Shown here: positions 1 to 9,720 of the stretch, piece by piece | Numbering within the stretch: position 1 is the first letter of the stretch | Layout of the letters: each line of letters opens with the position of its first letter | Virus genome (UHGV): UHGV-0036853 | DNA length: 64,000 nt | Strand: one strand, 5' to 3' | From: a virus | The notes under the pieces: generated by a model | The model's input: the letters and a program-made list of their open reading frames with translations, nothing else | Told to the model about the DNA's origin: nothing | The model's database searches: none | Translations under genes and position numbers: made by a program

Positions 1-648
1 AGCCTGTTCACGCAGCATATTCGCCTCAGCTTTACGCTGTTCAACTTCCTGTTGACGTTGCAGAGTACGCTGGTTAGCCGTTACTTTGGCGTTGATAGAT
101 TCAATGACGGTTTTTGGGTAATCAGGTTTTCCAACCCATGACAGGCTCAGTACCTCAATACCAACCGGAGACATCTCTTTCTGAATATCTTTCAGTGCGT
201 TGTCCAGCAATTGTGCCTTACCACCGTCGATAAATGAGTCAGTGGTCATACGGCTGGCCAAACGGTTTAGAGAGTCGGCAATTTTCTGACGCAGATCTGA
301 TTCGGTGATATCGTCTACGCCTTTGCGATAGGTCTGGAACACCGTCGTTACCTTGTCACGATTAACCAGATACGCAACGCCAATTTTGTGACCAATAGCA
401 GTACCGTCACTCATCTGGAATGTGAACGGCTCGTCGTAGGTCTTCATTTGTTTGAAGGTAGGGAATACGTAAAGTTCGGTGTTAAGACCTGTCCATTGGC
501 GACCAACGCCAACCACTTCACCAATCCCTTTGTCTTCACCTAATTTGTTTACTTTGATGCCAACGTATCCAGGCTCTACGCGATCACAGCCAGTAAGACC
601 CATTGTGCAAATAGCCGCCAGAGCAACTGCAAGTAAACCTTTCTTCAT
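1..648 (-). CDS. SPFH/band-7 family lipoprotein, 5' part only (gene runs off the left edge)
   Basis: Minus-strand translation from ATG at 646-648 gives MKKGLLAVALAAICTMGLTGC (lipobox LTGC) followed by SPFH-like sequence; no stop before position 1; RBS AGGGGA upstream. Not in ORF track because it is incomplete. Confidence 0.5.
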   Translation of the reverse strand, partial: MKKGLLAVALAAICTMGLTGCDRVEPGYVGIKVNKLGEDKGIGEVVGVGRQWTGLNTELYVFPTFKQMKTYDEPFTFQMSDGTAIGHKIGVAYLVNRDKVTTVFQTYRKGVDDITESDLRQKIADSLNRLASRMTTDSFIDGGKAQLLDNALKDIQKEMSPVGIEVLSLSWVGKPDYPKTVIESINAKVTANQRTLQRQQEVEQRKAEANMLREQA

Positions 649-651
649 TAC

Positions 652-852
652 TTATTTCCCCTTTGCTTTGATTAATGAGTTAATAAACTTACGACCAGCA
701 ATAAGACCGATTACAGGAGTACCAAAACCAACGATAACTCCAAGCATGACGGCCAAATCACTCTTTGCAGAAATCAGCGACGGAACCAGTAATCCGTAGA
801 TGAGAGCCACTGAAAGGCCTGTGGCTACTGCCAATAGATAGATTTTGATCAT
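652..852 (-). CDS. small hydrophobic membrane protein, possible NfeD-like partner of the SPFH protein
   Basis: 66-aa two-TM ORF whose stop lies 4 nt before the SPFH start; class I motif at 884-902 upstream. Confidence 0.4.
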   Translation of the reverse strand: MIKIYLLAVATGLSVALIYGLLVPSLISAKSDLAVMLGVIVGFGTPVIGLIAGRKFINSLIKAKGK

Positions 853-914
853 GTGTTTTCCTATGTGGTTGTTATGCGAAAATGATAAGTAAGTACTTAT
901 ATATTTTCAAGAGA

Positions 915-939
915 TAAAAAAGGCGTCCTGTGGACGCCT
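915..939 (-). terminator. rho-independent terminator after the RecA-like gene
   Basis: Hairpin aggcgtcc-tgt-ggacgcct (921-939) followed on the minus strand by a T-run (A-run 915-920 on plus). Confidence 0.6.
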
Positions 940-944
940 TGTGT

Positions 945-2018
945 TTACTCTTCTACTGACTCGGTGGGATTGTCTTTTGATCTCCGGTCGTCGATTGCCT
1001 GTAAAGCCGCAATGATTTCAGCTAGTGGCTTCTCCCGATACATCTCGACGATCTGTGATTTGGTGTATTTCTTGTCACCAATTTCTACGCGCCCGCTGGC
1101 GTTCTTTGGCAGGTATCCTTCATCCAGCATGTACTCGACGAGCGATTCGATAACGTCGAGGCCACGAGTAGGATCGAAGTAGAATTTCCAGGTGCACTTG
1201 CCATACGGTGGTGCAACTTTGTTTTTGATGCACTCTGCGCCTACGTCCTGACCGATCTTCTCTTTACCATCCTTCATCACCGATGCACCGAGACGGATGC
1301 GCACAGAAGCGTAAAACTTCGGTGAATCGCCGCCTGGTGACGTCGTAGGGTCGCCAAACATTACACCGATTTTTGTGCGAACCTGATTCAAGAAGATGAT
1401 GCAGGCGTTATATTTGCGTGCCCACAAAGCCAGAGTGGGGAAGTTCGCGCTCGTCGCACGAGCAAGCGCCGTATTGTCGTTCATGTTTAGCTGATCTTTG
1501 TCTTTGGCAGTGCCTTCAGCCATCTTTTCGAACTTCTCGGCTTTGGAGTTCGGAACCATAGACGCAAGTGAGTCAGCCACGATACAGATAGGTGCTGATT
1601 CAGGAATAAGCTCTTCATCACGTACCAATTTAAGTATTGTGCCGATCAACTCTACAGAGTCTTCGAAGGTATCTGGCTGCTTGTATACCCACTGACCGTC
1701 ATCCTCATCTGCATTCAAGCCATTGGCTACCGCCAGGCCAACGTCAAAACTGTTCTCATGATCGAGGAATACCGCCAGACCATCTTGTTTCTGAGCGGAG
1801 ATCATTGCTGCTGTTGCCAAAAAGGTTTTCCCCGCGCTTGGCGGGCCGAATACTTCTACGATACGACCACATGGGAAACCGCCATCGTAACGACCGGAAA
1901 TAGCTTTGTTTAACGGAGGAAAGCCTGTGTCAATCCAATGAGTTACTTTCTGAATTTCGTCGTTGCTACCGATTTTCTTTTTCAGAGCAAGTGCCAGTGC
2001 GGATTTTCCTTTTGCCAT
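945..2018 (-). CDS. RecA-like recombinase
   Basis: 357 aa; Walker A GPPSAGKT; overall RecA/UvsX-like layout. Confidence 0.75.
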   Translation of the reverse strand: MAKGKSALALALKKKIGSNDEIQKVTHWIDTGFPPLNKAISGRYDGGFPCGRIVEVFGPPSAGKTFLATAAMISAQKQDGLAVFLDHENSFDVGLAVANGLNADEDDGQWVYKQPDTFEDSVELIGTILKLVRDEELIPESAPICIVADSLASMVPNSKAEKFEKMAEGTAKDKDQLNMNDNTALARATSANFPTLALWARKYNACIIFLNQVRTKIGVMFGDPTTSPGGDSPKFYASVRIRLGASVMKDGKEKIGQDVGAECIKNKVAPPYGKCTWKFYFDPTRGLDVIESLVEYMLDEGYLPKNASGRVEIGDKKYTKSQIVEMYREKPLAEIIAALQAIDDRRSKDNPTESVEE

Positions 2019-2020
2019 GA

Positions 2021-2293
2021 TCAGGCTCCTTTTGTTTTGTTGATTCGTTTTAAAGCGGCGGATTCGTCGAATACAATCGCATCGTGGTTAAGGAGTCTGG
2101 ATACACGAGCGAGGATTTTTACGACCTGCTCGCTGACTAATCCAAACTCGCGATCTGTCGCTTTAATTCCGGCAGCGCCTAGAATTGACGGCAGTGCGAT
2201 GACAGCGTACTCACCGTGATAAAAGACAATCTCTTTTGCCAGTTGGGTAGGGGTGGTTGTAGCGCCATTAATAATCGATTTAAGCATTAGCAA
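2021..2293 (-). CDS. hypothetical protein
   Basis: 90-aa ORF tightly packed between the FEN and RecA-like genes. Confidence 0.4.
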   Translation of the reverse strand: MLMLKSIINGATTTPTQLAKEIVFYHGEYAVIALPSILGAAGIKATDREFGLVSEQVVKILARVSRLLNHDAIVFDESAALKRINKTKGA

Positions 2294-3282
2294 TACCTTT
2301 CGAATGGAAGAACAAACACTTCAAGGTCTTCAAGGAACGAACGGAAATTCAGCTCGTAGCACAGTTGCTCGAATGCTTTCACGTCACGATTGCCTTTGAT
2401 TGTTTCGATTTCGGTAGGCGGAAACTTCGTCTCAATCAGGTTCATTAGCGTGATGTTTCTCTTGAACGCTTCGAGCATTCGACAGCCTGTTTTCTCGTTG
2501 AAGGCATTCTTCGCTAGTTTGTTGAAGGCGGTCTTATGACGCCCTTTATTAACCACGATTGAGCCGTCGTTGATGCCGCGTACCATCGTTGCGACACTTC
2601 CCCATTCATGCAGCAGCTCTTTCGCGCCGCCAGCACCAATGCCACCAACACCGCTAATGTTGTCCGAGTTATCGCCTTGTAATGCTTTTGCTTCCAAAAA
2701 TGCGCGAGGCGTGGCGAATCCTGTCAGCTCCGCAAATTGCTCAAAATTAACCTGCTTGTTTTTGGCGTCTTCACGCAGGCTTACCCAGCTTACGTTTTCG
2801 CGAACTAACTGAAGCCAGTCGCTATCGCCTGTTAACAGATAGATGTGTTCAACGGTTGGCTGCGGTGCCATGCGGGATACCAGCAGCCCGGCCAGATCAT
2901 CCGCTTCTGCATCTTTTGCAATGATTTGGTTAACACCAAGCGCGGTCATCATTTTGAGGATGTATGGCTTCTGGACAGCAAAGCCTTCCTTCATCTTTTT
3001 CATATCAGGATCGTCGTCGCGATTTGCTTTGTAGTCCGGGTAAAAGTCGCGACGCTTGTCACTAAATCCATCCCAAAGAATCATAGGTCGGGCATGGAGG
3101 ATGGAGGCATAACGACGGACGTTCTTAACAAAGCCGAAAGCAGCCTGTACTTCCATTTCGCCGTTGTGCAATTTGTCAGATTGTTGGTGGTAATAACCCA
3201 GGCTATTGCCATCTACGAAGAGATAATTCACCGGTACATTCCTTCCAAAAAGTAAGGCGTCCGTAGACGCCTTACTGGTCAC
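2287..3282 (-). CDS. 5'-3' exonuclease / flap endonuclease (T5 D15 / Pol I N-terminal family)
   Basis: 331 aa; LLTGDSDWLQLV acidic metal-site motif and helix-hairpin-helix segment DNISGVGGIGAGGAKELL. Confidence 0.85.
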   Translation of the reverse strand: MTSKASTDALLFGRNVPVNYLFVDGNSLGYYHQQSDKLHNGEMEVQAAFGFVKNVRRYASILHARPMILWDGFSDKRRDFYPDYKANRDDDPDMKKMKEGFAVQKPYILKMMTALGVNQIIAKDAEADDLAGLLVSRMAPQPTVEHIYLLTGDSDWLQLVRENVSWVSLREDAKNKQVNFEQFAELTGFATPRAFLEAKALQGDNSDNISGVGGIGAGGAKELLHEWGSVATMVRGINDGSIVVNKGRHKTAFNKLAKNAFNEKTGCRMLEAFKRNITLMNLIETKFPPTEIETIKGNRDVKAFEQLCYELNFRSFLEDLEVFVLPFERYC

Positions 3283-3291
3283 GTAATGGGA

Positions 3292-4314
3292 TTACAGAGA
3301 GTCCAGCTCTCTCAGTAGGTCATCCAGACCTTCGTCTTCCGTCGCAGATGCGGCTGCTACAGATGTCGTTGCGTCTGCTTCAGACTCTTTGGCTGATGCG
3401 GCAGCAGAACTTGTTTCTGATTTAAATTCAGATTCCATTGCTCGCAGAACTTCTTCATCAACCAGACTGGTTGGTTCAGAAGCTGGAGTGTGGGCGGTTG
3501 CTACAGCCGTCGCTCCTTCCGTATGACCAGTGATCGAGCCAAATCCAGGCAGTGCAGAGGCCGATGTTTTCGCTGTTGAGGAAATTGCTGGTGCCGATGC
3601 AGTGGCAGTTGGTGCAGCGATGCCAATCAGACGACCCATAGTGCGAACTGTCGCAAGAAGGCGAGTTTCATCGGCCTGATTCACATAAGCAATCAGGTCA
3701 TGTTGGTTGTTCCAGAATTTATCTTCGATATCACCTTTGAAGACTTTACGTTTTGGTGAAACGTCATATTCTGTATCGCGACCAGAGCCTGTGCGCTTAA
3801 TTTGAAATGCGTAACCTTCCTCTTTGCTTAATGGATTGCCGATATCGTCAGCGATGTCTTCGGTGATTGCTTTGCAGATATCATCGAACACAGTGGAAGG
3901 CAGTTCGATTAACTGACATTTCTCTGCATCGGAGAAATCCTCACGAGTTGAAAGAATGCCGTTTACCAGGTAGCGAGGGGTTGCACGCATTTGACCGATG
4001 CGCTCTTCCATTGCTTTGTTACCCTTGTGACGAGCGCGACCTTCCATCACCATTTCGCATAGCTGACAAGCGCGACCGTGAGTATGTTGCTCACAAATAT
4101 AAGCATTGGTTGCTTCTTTACCTTCCTCGTTCTGATACTTAATGTAGTGCATACCAAAAGTCTGGAAGAACTTACCATTCGGGTCGTCTTTATTAGGGAA
4201 GATGCGGATATAGTTGATGCCGTCTTTTAAGCGGGTCAAATCAGTGTTTTTGCCACGTTTGGCGGCAATGTCTTCACGAGTTTTGTTAAGCAAATCAAGT
4301 AATGTCTTAGACAT
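3292..4314 (-). CDS. ssDNA-binding protein, gp32-like
   Basis: 340 aa; His/Cys zinc motif CEQHTHGRACQLC; Ala/Ser-rich linker; acidic C-terminal tail EDEGLDDLLRELDSL. Confidence 0.5.
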   Translation of the reverse strand: MSKTLLDLLNKTREDIAAKRGKNTDLTRLKDGINYIRIFPNKDDPNGKFFQTFGMHYIKYQNEEGKEATNAYICEQHTHGRACQLCEMVMEGRARHKGNKAMEERIGQMRATPRYLVNGILSTREDFSDAEKCQLIELPSTVFDDICKAITEDIADDIGNPLSKEEGYAFQIKRTGSGRDTEYDVSPKRKVFKGDIEDKFWNNQHDLIAYVNQADETRLLATVRTMGRLIGIAAPTATASAPAISSTAKTSASALPGFGSITGHTEGATAVATAHTPASEPTSLVDEEVLRAMESEFKSETSSAAASAKESEADATTSVAAASATEDEGLDDLLRELDSL

Positions 4315-4431
4315 GTGTTTCTCCTTGTTGTGATTTGGCCGATGGCGCTATGCGCGTTGGGCTTTCGTTCATTCGTGGCTCTTTCGAGCTGTTAAATGAT
4401 AGATCAGTACTTACTTATTATCTATCAAAAA

Positions 4432-4863
4432 TCAACGGGGAGTAATAAAGCGTTCAGAGCCTAATCGATCTAACTCAACGATGGCCATCTTCGACGCCTG
4501 AACGATCATGTCTCGGCGATGCGAAAAGGCGGCGACAGCATGTTTGTATATGTCTGCGATGTGCCGTGCTTCATCCAACTTCTGCCGTTTAGACAGATAC
4601 TGTGGGTTTGTTTTAACCTTAGCGTCCAGTACAGACTCGTTGAACTTAATGCCGTTCATACTCAAGTTCTTACGCTCTGTGTCGTATAGCTTTGCTTCAA
4701 CAGCTTCAAGGTTAAGTTTTGCCTCTGCGACACTTCTTTCTGCATGAGCGAGTTTTGAGCCATACTCCATTAAAAGGCGGGGTTGTCTACGCCAGACTTC
4801 CTCCAGATTGTCTCGGTCAAACTCGAGATCAGACATTATTTTCTCGTAAATATCGGTGATCAT
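4432..4863 (-). CDS. hypothetical coiled-coil protein
   Basis: 143-aa ORF, charged and helical. Confidence 0.4.
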   Translation of the reverse strand: MITDIYEKIMSDLEFDRDNLEEVWRRQPRLLMEYGSKLAHAERSVAEAKLNLEAVEAKLYDTERKNLSMNGIKFNESVLDAKVKTNPQYLSKRQKLDEARHIADIYKHAVAAFSHRRDMIVQASKMAIVELDRLGSERFITPR

Positions 4864-5239
4864 AGTGATATATCCATACTTATTTTTACGTATTAATTAT
4901 ATCAAAGAAAGGAGTGTTATTTTGTTTAGGAGAGAGTTTTATTAGGGTGCAATAGGTCGAATGTTACATGGTTCAGTGAGTCGTAAACTTTTGCTTCATG
5001 GAGTGGTTTTCAACCTGACAATTTTTTTGTTAATATCAATGAGCTACTTGCATTTTGCTCCGATGATGCAACGTTAGTTATTGAGTACCGCAGGACATGT
5101 GGGAATTAACGCCTGTGGAGAGAACGGTCAGATAGGATCACTCATGGAAGCAGGAACTCTTGTTCGTTAGTACATAGAGAATGTCAATACTGAAATTGAT
5201 TCGTAACTGCTCTTTTTCTATATAGTTGAGGATATTACG

Positions 5240-5572
5240 GTGAAAAAAGTATTAGGTGCTATTTTTGGTGGTTTGCTTCTTCTGCCAGTTGTAAGCAATG
5301 CAGCGGATGCACAAAAAGCCGTCGACAATAAAAAACCTGTTAACGCTTGGACCTGTGAAGATTTCTTGGCTGTGGACGAATCTTTCCAGCCTACAGTTGT
5401 AGGTTTTGCTGATGCTCTGAACAAGAAAGGCAAACCCGAAGATGCTGTTTTAGATATTCAGGGGGTTGCTACTGTAACTCCTGCGGTCATTCAGGCTTGC
5501 ACTCAGGATAAAAAAGCCAGCTTTAAAGATAAAGTTAAAGCCGAATGGGACAAAATTAAGAAAGATCTATAA
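5240..5572 (+). CDS. hdeA: periplasmic acid-stress chaperone HdeA
   Basis: 110 aa; signal peptide; near-colinear match to E. coli HdeA as I recall it (CEDFLAVDESFQP, VTPA..QACTQDK, EWDKIKKD), roughly 85 percent identical. Confidence 0.9.
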   Translation: MKKVLGAIFGGLLLLPVVSNAADAQKAVDNKKPVNAWTCEDFLAVDESFQPTVVGFADALNKKGKPEDAVLDIQGVATVTPAVIQACTQDKKASFKDKVKAEWDKIKKDL

Positions 5573-5646
5573 TTCATAGAGTACGTTTTATCGTATTCTT
5601 ATTGAATATTGAGCGAGTAAATCTCCTGTTAGGATGTTTTTCTTGA

Positions 5647-5985
5647 ATGGGGTGTAAAATGACAGTTTCATCTCTACGTAAGGCCATGATTTTTTTAGGT
5701 GCAGTAGCTGCTCTTTCGCTGGTGAATGCACAATCTGTGTTGGCTGCCGGTGGTTCAGCTAATGATATGACTTGTCAGGAATTTATTGACCTGAATCCAA
5801 AAGCGATGACGCCAGTTGCTTGGTGGATGCTCCATGAGAAAACAGTATATAAAGGCGGTGATACTGTAACTCTGACTGAAACGGATCAGACTCAGATTCC
5901 TGAAGTGGTTGAATACTGCAAGAAAAACCCACAAAAAAACTTGTATACCTTCAAAGATAAATTGGCAAATGTCCTGCCTAATTAA
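5647..5985 (+). CDS. hdeB: periplasmic acid-stress chaperone HdeB
   Basis: 112 aa; signal peptide then DMTCQEFIDLNPKAMTPVAWWMLHE..VYKGGDTVTL..EYCKKNPQKNLYTFK, matching E. coli HdeB as recalled; start could be the second ATG at 5659. Confidence 0.85.
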   Translation: MGCKMTVSSLRKAMIFLGAVAALSLVNAQSVLAAGGSANDMTCQEFIDLNPKAMTPVAWWMLHEKTVYKGGDTVTLTETDQTQIPEVVEYCKKNPQKNLYTFKDKLANVLPN

Positions 5986-5990
5986 CTAAT

Positions 5991-6017
5991 AAAACCCGCC
6001 AAATGGCGGGTTTTTTA
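5991..6017. terminator. bidirectional rho-independent terminator (hdeB on plus, dnaE-like on minus)
   Basis: Hairpin cccgccaaatggcggg flanked by an A-run and a T-run. Confidence 0.65.
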
Positions 6018-9000
6018 CTATGTCTTAATAGTTTCTGCTACGTCGGCTAATATCGCTTCTAGTCGTTCTCCCTCTTCAGGTCTGAAGTAAAGAATGTTGG
6101 GGTTAAACCCGTAAAAGACAGTAACGTCAAGGTCTGGAAGATACTCCTTCCTGCCGACTAAATCGGATGGCTTGTTTTTGTTGTTAAACATTGCCGTTGC
6201 CCGGCTGCCACACGTCAGCACATAGGTCGGACGCACCAGATTGATCTCTTCACGCATAAAGTCGGTGAACTGGCCGATCTCGTCTTTGGTGTAGTCCTTT
6301 TCTTTGTCTTTCACCTTTTTGCAAACGCCTGTGACATAGAGATCGCCCATGCGCAAATCCCCAGCCGTCAACAGCTTGGCCTTAAAATCGTCGTATCCGT
6401 TTTCCATAAAGTAACCGGTTCGAGCATCATTGCCGTTCGCATTGTCCAGAATGATCATGATTTTCGGCTTAATACCAATGCTGGGGCGGATTAGTTCATC
6501 ACCCAAGCCCATTTCAGCCGCCATCCGTGTCATGAGCACGTTAATCTCAGCCGAACGTTTGGGGTTCATCTCAAACGGACGTGAGGCTTTAACTGCATCT
6601 ATGACAAGGTTTCCCATCAATTCAGCCTGGTCGCGGAGGCGCTCTGGATCAGTTGCTGGCAGACTACCTGGCTCGATGGATGCAAACGCCCCTACTTTTT
6701 GCAGCGATTCGCGCACTCGACTATTACAGGCACGTTTCTCGACAGCTTCTTCGAATTGCGCAAGTGATTCGAATTTGCCGCCAACCTTTTCTCGCGCTCT
6801 CATGATGGCCAGGCAGCCATTCTCAGAACACCCTTTCACAGCAGAGAAGGGCGCATACAGCACCTGGCTACCATCTTCAAGCGTGCGGATCTCGATTCGG
6901 TTAGATGACACGTTAACGTCTGGTGGCAATACGCGAATACCATAGGTCAGCGCATCTTTAACCAGCCCCTGGTGTTTATCTTCGCCAAGAATAGTGAGAG
7001 CAGCAGCGAAAAACTCTGCGGGATAATGAGTTTTCAACCACATAGATTGATAACTGATTAAGGAGTAAGCAACAGAGTGTGATTTGTTGAACTGGTAGGC
7101 ACCATTCTTTTCGAATGCGGTCCAGATCTCCTTCGCTTTCATCTCTGATAGCCCTGGATGTGACGCTGTAACGCGTACTGCGTTTATAGGTAGTTTTGCG
7201 CCGTACTCAAGTGCCTCTTCGACAGTTTTCAGAGTTCCGTCTTCGCATTTAAAATGTTCCGCACGGTGAATGCGCTGTGTAGTGCCATCTTCCAGCTCAA
7301 CGTCTATCCAGCCAGCTTGAGCCTGAACGATGAACTTCTCGCCCATGCTCTTCATTTTTTCCATGTCTTTTTTGCCGATCGCTTTACGAACGCCGTCAGC
7401 TTCAGCCATTGTGAAGCCAGCAAGCAATCGAGTCGCGTTCATCGTCTGTTCCTGATAGAGAATCACGCCATTTGTTTCTGCGGTAAGTTCATCAAGAACG
7501 GGGTGTAATGATTCCGGCGTCATAAAGCCTTTGGCGACAGAAACATAATCATCCAACATGCCTGACTGAATTGGTCCCGGCCGGAAGAGCGCAGTCGTAG
7601 CAACGACCGTTTTAAAGCTCATTGGCTCAATTCCACCACCTAAATCTTTAAGCAGCTTGCGCATTGGGCCTGATTCAAGCTGGAAAACACCTTGAGTGTA
7701 CCCAGCAGCAAAACCATCCAGCACCTTGCGATCTTCAAGAGAAATGGCATCAAGATTGATATCTTCACCTCTGTTCTCTTTTATGTAGCGTTTTGCACTA
7801 TCGAGCAAATCGAGAGTTGCTAGGCCAAGCACGTCCAGCTTAATTAGGCCCATAGCCTCGCAGTAACGCTTGTCAAATGCGATACAACGCGCGTCACCAC
7901 GTCGTTCAACCGGTGTACGTTCTGTCAGAGGAACACCTGCTACGATCATCCCTGCCGCATGTCTACCAAAGCCACGCATAAGGCTTTGTAACTTGCAGGC
8001 TGCATTGAATGCATCAGGGTATTTTGTCGCGTATTTGTCGAGACTTGCCAGTTGTTCGCGCAGCTCCTCCAATGGAAGGCTATCATCCTCGACGTTCTTC
8101 AGTTCTTTTGATACCGCCATATCTGCGGACTCCACACCATAAATACGAGCGGTGTCACGTAGTGCAGAGGCCGCGCCCAGGTAGGTGAAGTTCGGAATGC
8201 CTGCAACGTAATCTTCGCCGTAGCGTTCATTCAGATACTCGATCACCTCATGGCGACGTGCCTGGCTGAAGTCCAAGTCCGCATCTGGCAAGTCGAGACG
8301 CTCAGGGTTGATGAAACGCTCAAACAGAAGACCGTGACGGATTGGGTCGACGTTGGTTATGCCTATGCACCACGCCACCAGAGAACCGGCAGAGGAACCA
8401 CGACCAGGCCCAACGGGAATGCCAGTTTCACGACTATGATTCATCAGATCGCGCACCATCAGGAAGTAACCACAGAATCCCAGGCGAGTAAGCGTGTCCA
8501 TTTCGTACTTTAGCCGCTCAACATAAACCCTGTTCTCAGAAGCTGGTGGTGTGTAGCCAAACTCTTTTGTGGTAAGACGTTTACGCAGCCCTGCAACAGC
8601 CAGTTTCATCAGCGTTGCAGGTTCGTCGTCTGCCATCTTGGGCAGTGCTGGTGGCAATTCATGCCAGCGCCATGTACAGGCTTCGATAATGGCGTCCTGC
8701 GTTGTTGAGGCCATTGCAGCTGTTACCGGCACATCCATGCGAACGGAGAAGGCTTTAAGCGCCTCAAGGAGATGGCGGCGACCATTGACGGCGTTATCTC
8801 GCTGGTGGGGGATACGCAGACGATGCGGCTGGTCGATTTTGATGTTGTTCGTAACCATGTGCGCAATGTCTTTAATGTCTGCATCGTCGATCGATTCGTA
8901 ATAAGCGGGATAAAACGCTACTGGCTCTATTTTCAGTGCGCTGGCGACTTTCATCGCCCGGAAGTTAATCTGGTCGTAGAATGGGGTAGGGTGCGGATAA

Positions 9001-9536
9001 ACCACACTATAGAAGTTGTCTTTTCCACCCGCTGTAATCAGTGTGCTTATAATTTTTGCAAAATCGTTGCGTTGGAACACGCTACCGATGTCGGAAGTGA
9101 GCAGGATGATGTTGCCTTTGGCATATGTAGAAACCAACTGTTCGAGCGAGAGACGCGGTACAAAGTAGAACTGTTCTCGTGTGTTGGCCACCGTCATTAG
9201 TTCGCAGATGTCGCGATATCCTTGCTCATTTTTAATTAGAGCGGTAAACGAGTAGTTACGTCCTCGCTCTAATGATTCCATACATCCCTTAGACTCTTTA
9301 GCAAGTTTAGCCCGGTACTCGTATGTGGGATCATCAACGATATTTAGTTTCACACCACAAATAACCGCCATGTCGTCACCAGCGGCACGTTGTAGTGGAA
9401 TAACACTCGCAATATTCATGCTATCTGCTGAAATTACAGCGGTGTAGCCAGCTTCTCTGGCAATCTTCACCGCGTTTTCCGCTTTTAACGCCGACTCCCC
9501 AAGTGAGAAGTCAGTTCGAACCATCAGTGCCTTCAT
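6018..9536 (-). CDS. DNA polymerase III alpha subunit homolog (DnaE-type replicative polymerase)
   Basis: 1172 aa; PHP-like N-terminus, catalytic region with LDLPDADLDF (PDxDxDF-type motif), C-terminal OB-like region. Confidence 0.85.
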   Translation of the reverse strand: MKALMVRTDFSLGESALKAENAVKIAREAGYTAVISADSMNIASVIPLQRAAGDDMAVICGVKLNIVDDPTYEYRAKLAKESKGCMESLERGRNYSFTALIKNEQGYRDICELMTVANTREQFYFVPRLSLEQLVSTYAKGNIILLTSDIGSVFQRNDFAKIISTLITAGGKDNFYSVVYPHPTPFYDQINFRAMKVASALKIEPVAFYPAYYESIDDADIKDIAHMVTNNIKIDQPHRLRIPHQRDNAVNGRRHLLEALKAFSVRMDVPVTAAMASTTQDAIIEACTWRWHELPPALPKMADDEPATLMKLAVAGLRKRLTTKEFGYTPPASENRVYVERLKYEMDTLTRLGFCGYFLMVRDLMNHSRETGIPVGPGRGSSAGSLVAWCIGITNVDPIRHGLLFERFINPERLDLPDADLDFSQARRHEVIEYLNERYGEDYVAGIPNFTYLGAASALRDTARIYGVESADMAVSKELKNVEDDSLPLEELREQLASLDKYATKYPDAFNAACKLQSLMRGFGRHAAGMIVAGVPLTERTPVERRGDARCIAFDKRYCEAMGLIKLDVLGLATLDLLDSAKRYIKENRGEDINLDAISLEDRKVLDGFAAGYTQGVFQLESGPMRKLLKDLGGGIEPMSFKTVVATTALFRPGPIQSGMLDDYVSVAKGFMTPESLHPVLDELTAETNGVILYQEQTMNATRLLAGFTMAEADGVRKAIGKKDMEKMKSMGEKFIVQAQAGWIDVELEDGTTQRIHRAEHFKCEDGTLKTVEEALEYGAKLPINAVRVTASHPGLSEMKAKEIWTAFEKNGAYQFNKSHSVAYSLISYQSMWLKTHYPAEFFAAALTILGEDKHQGLVKDALTYGIRVLPPDVNVSSNRIEIRTLEDGSQVLYAPFSAVKGCSENGCLAIMRAREKVGGKFESLAQFEEAVEKRACNSRVRESLQKVGAFASIEPGSLPATDPERLRDQAELMGNLVIDAVKASRPFEMNPKRSAEINVLMTRMAAEMGLGDELIRPSIGIKPKIMIILDNANGNDARTGYFMENGYDDFKAKLLTAGDLRMGDLYVTGVCKKVKDKEKDYTKDEIGQFTDFMREEINLVRPTYVLTCGSRATAMFNNKNKPSDLVGRKEYLPDLDVTVFYGFNPNILYFRPEEGERLEAILADVAETIKT

Positions 9537-9720
9537 GTGTTTTTACCTTTCTGGTTTTTTTGATTTTGTCATTGGGGAAGCCTACGAACTTCCCATGCAT
9601 CGAAATCGCAACTTCTTTTGCTGATTGGTGACAATCGGGCTTGTCTGGACACACCAGACAAGCCTTACCAGTTTCAGAAGCAGCGATAAGAGAGCCGAAA
9701 CATCCTTTACGCACGATCAA
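9511..9720 (-). CDS. small Cys-rich protein, possible zinc ribbon
   Basis: 69-aa ORF with CLVCPDKPDCH between the cobS-like and dnaE-like genes; overlaps the dnaE start. Confidence 0.3.
   Translation of the reverse strand: MIVRKGCFGSLIAASETGKACLVCPDKPDCHQSAKEVAISMHGKFVGFPNDKIKKTRKVKTHEGTDGSN

Noticed and set aside
479-799. Plus-strand 106-aa ORF
   Set aside because: Overlaps the better-supported minus-strand SPFH lipoprotein and membrane-protein genes; Pro/Thr-rich antisense translation.
3292-4314. Reading the element as T4-like because of the gp32-like SSB and fibre repeats
   Set aside because: Tail-tip genes J, I, K, L, M, the integrase and the ParA operon indicate a temperate lambda-like siphovirus or phage-plasmid organisation.
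6430-6945. Plus-strand 171-aa ORF inside the DnaE-like gene (similar cases at 7870-9200, 20262-20921, 50662-51240)
   Set aside because: Antisense ORFs wholly within long, well-supported genes, with no RBS or motif support.
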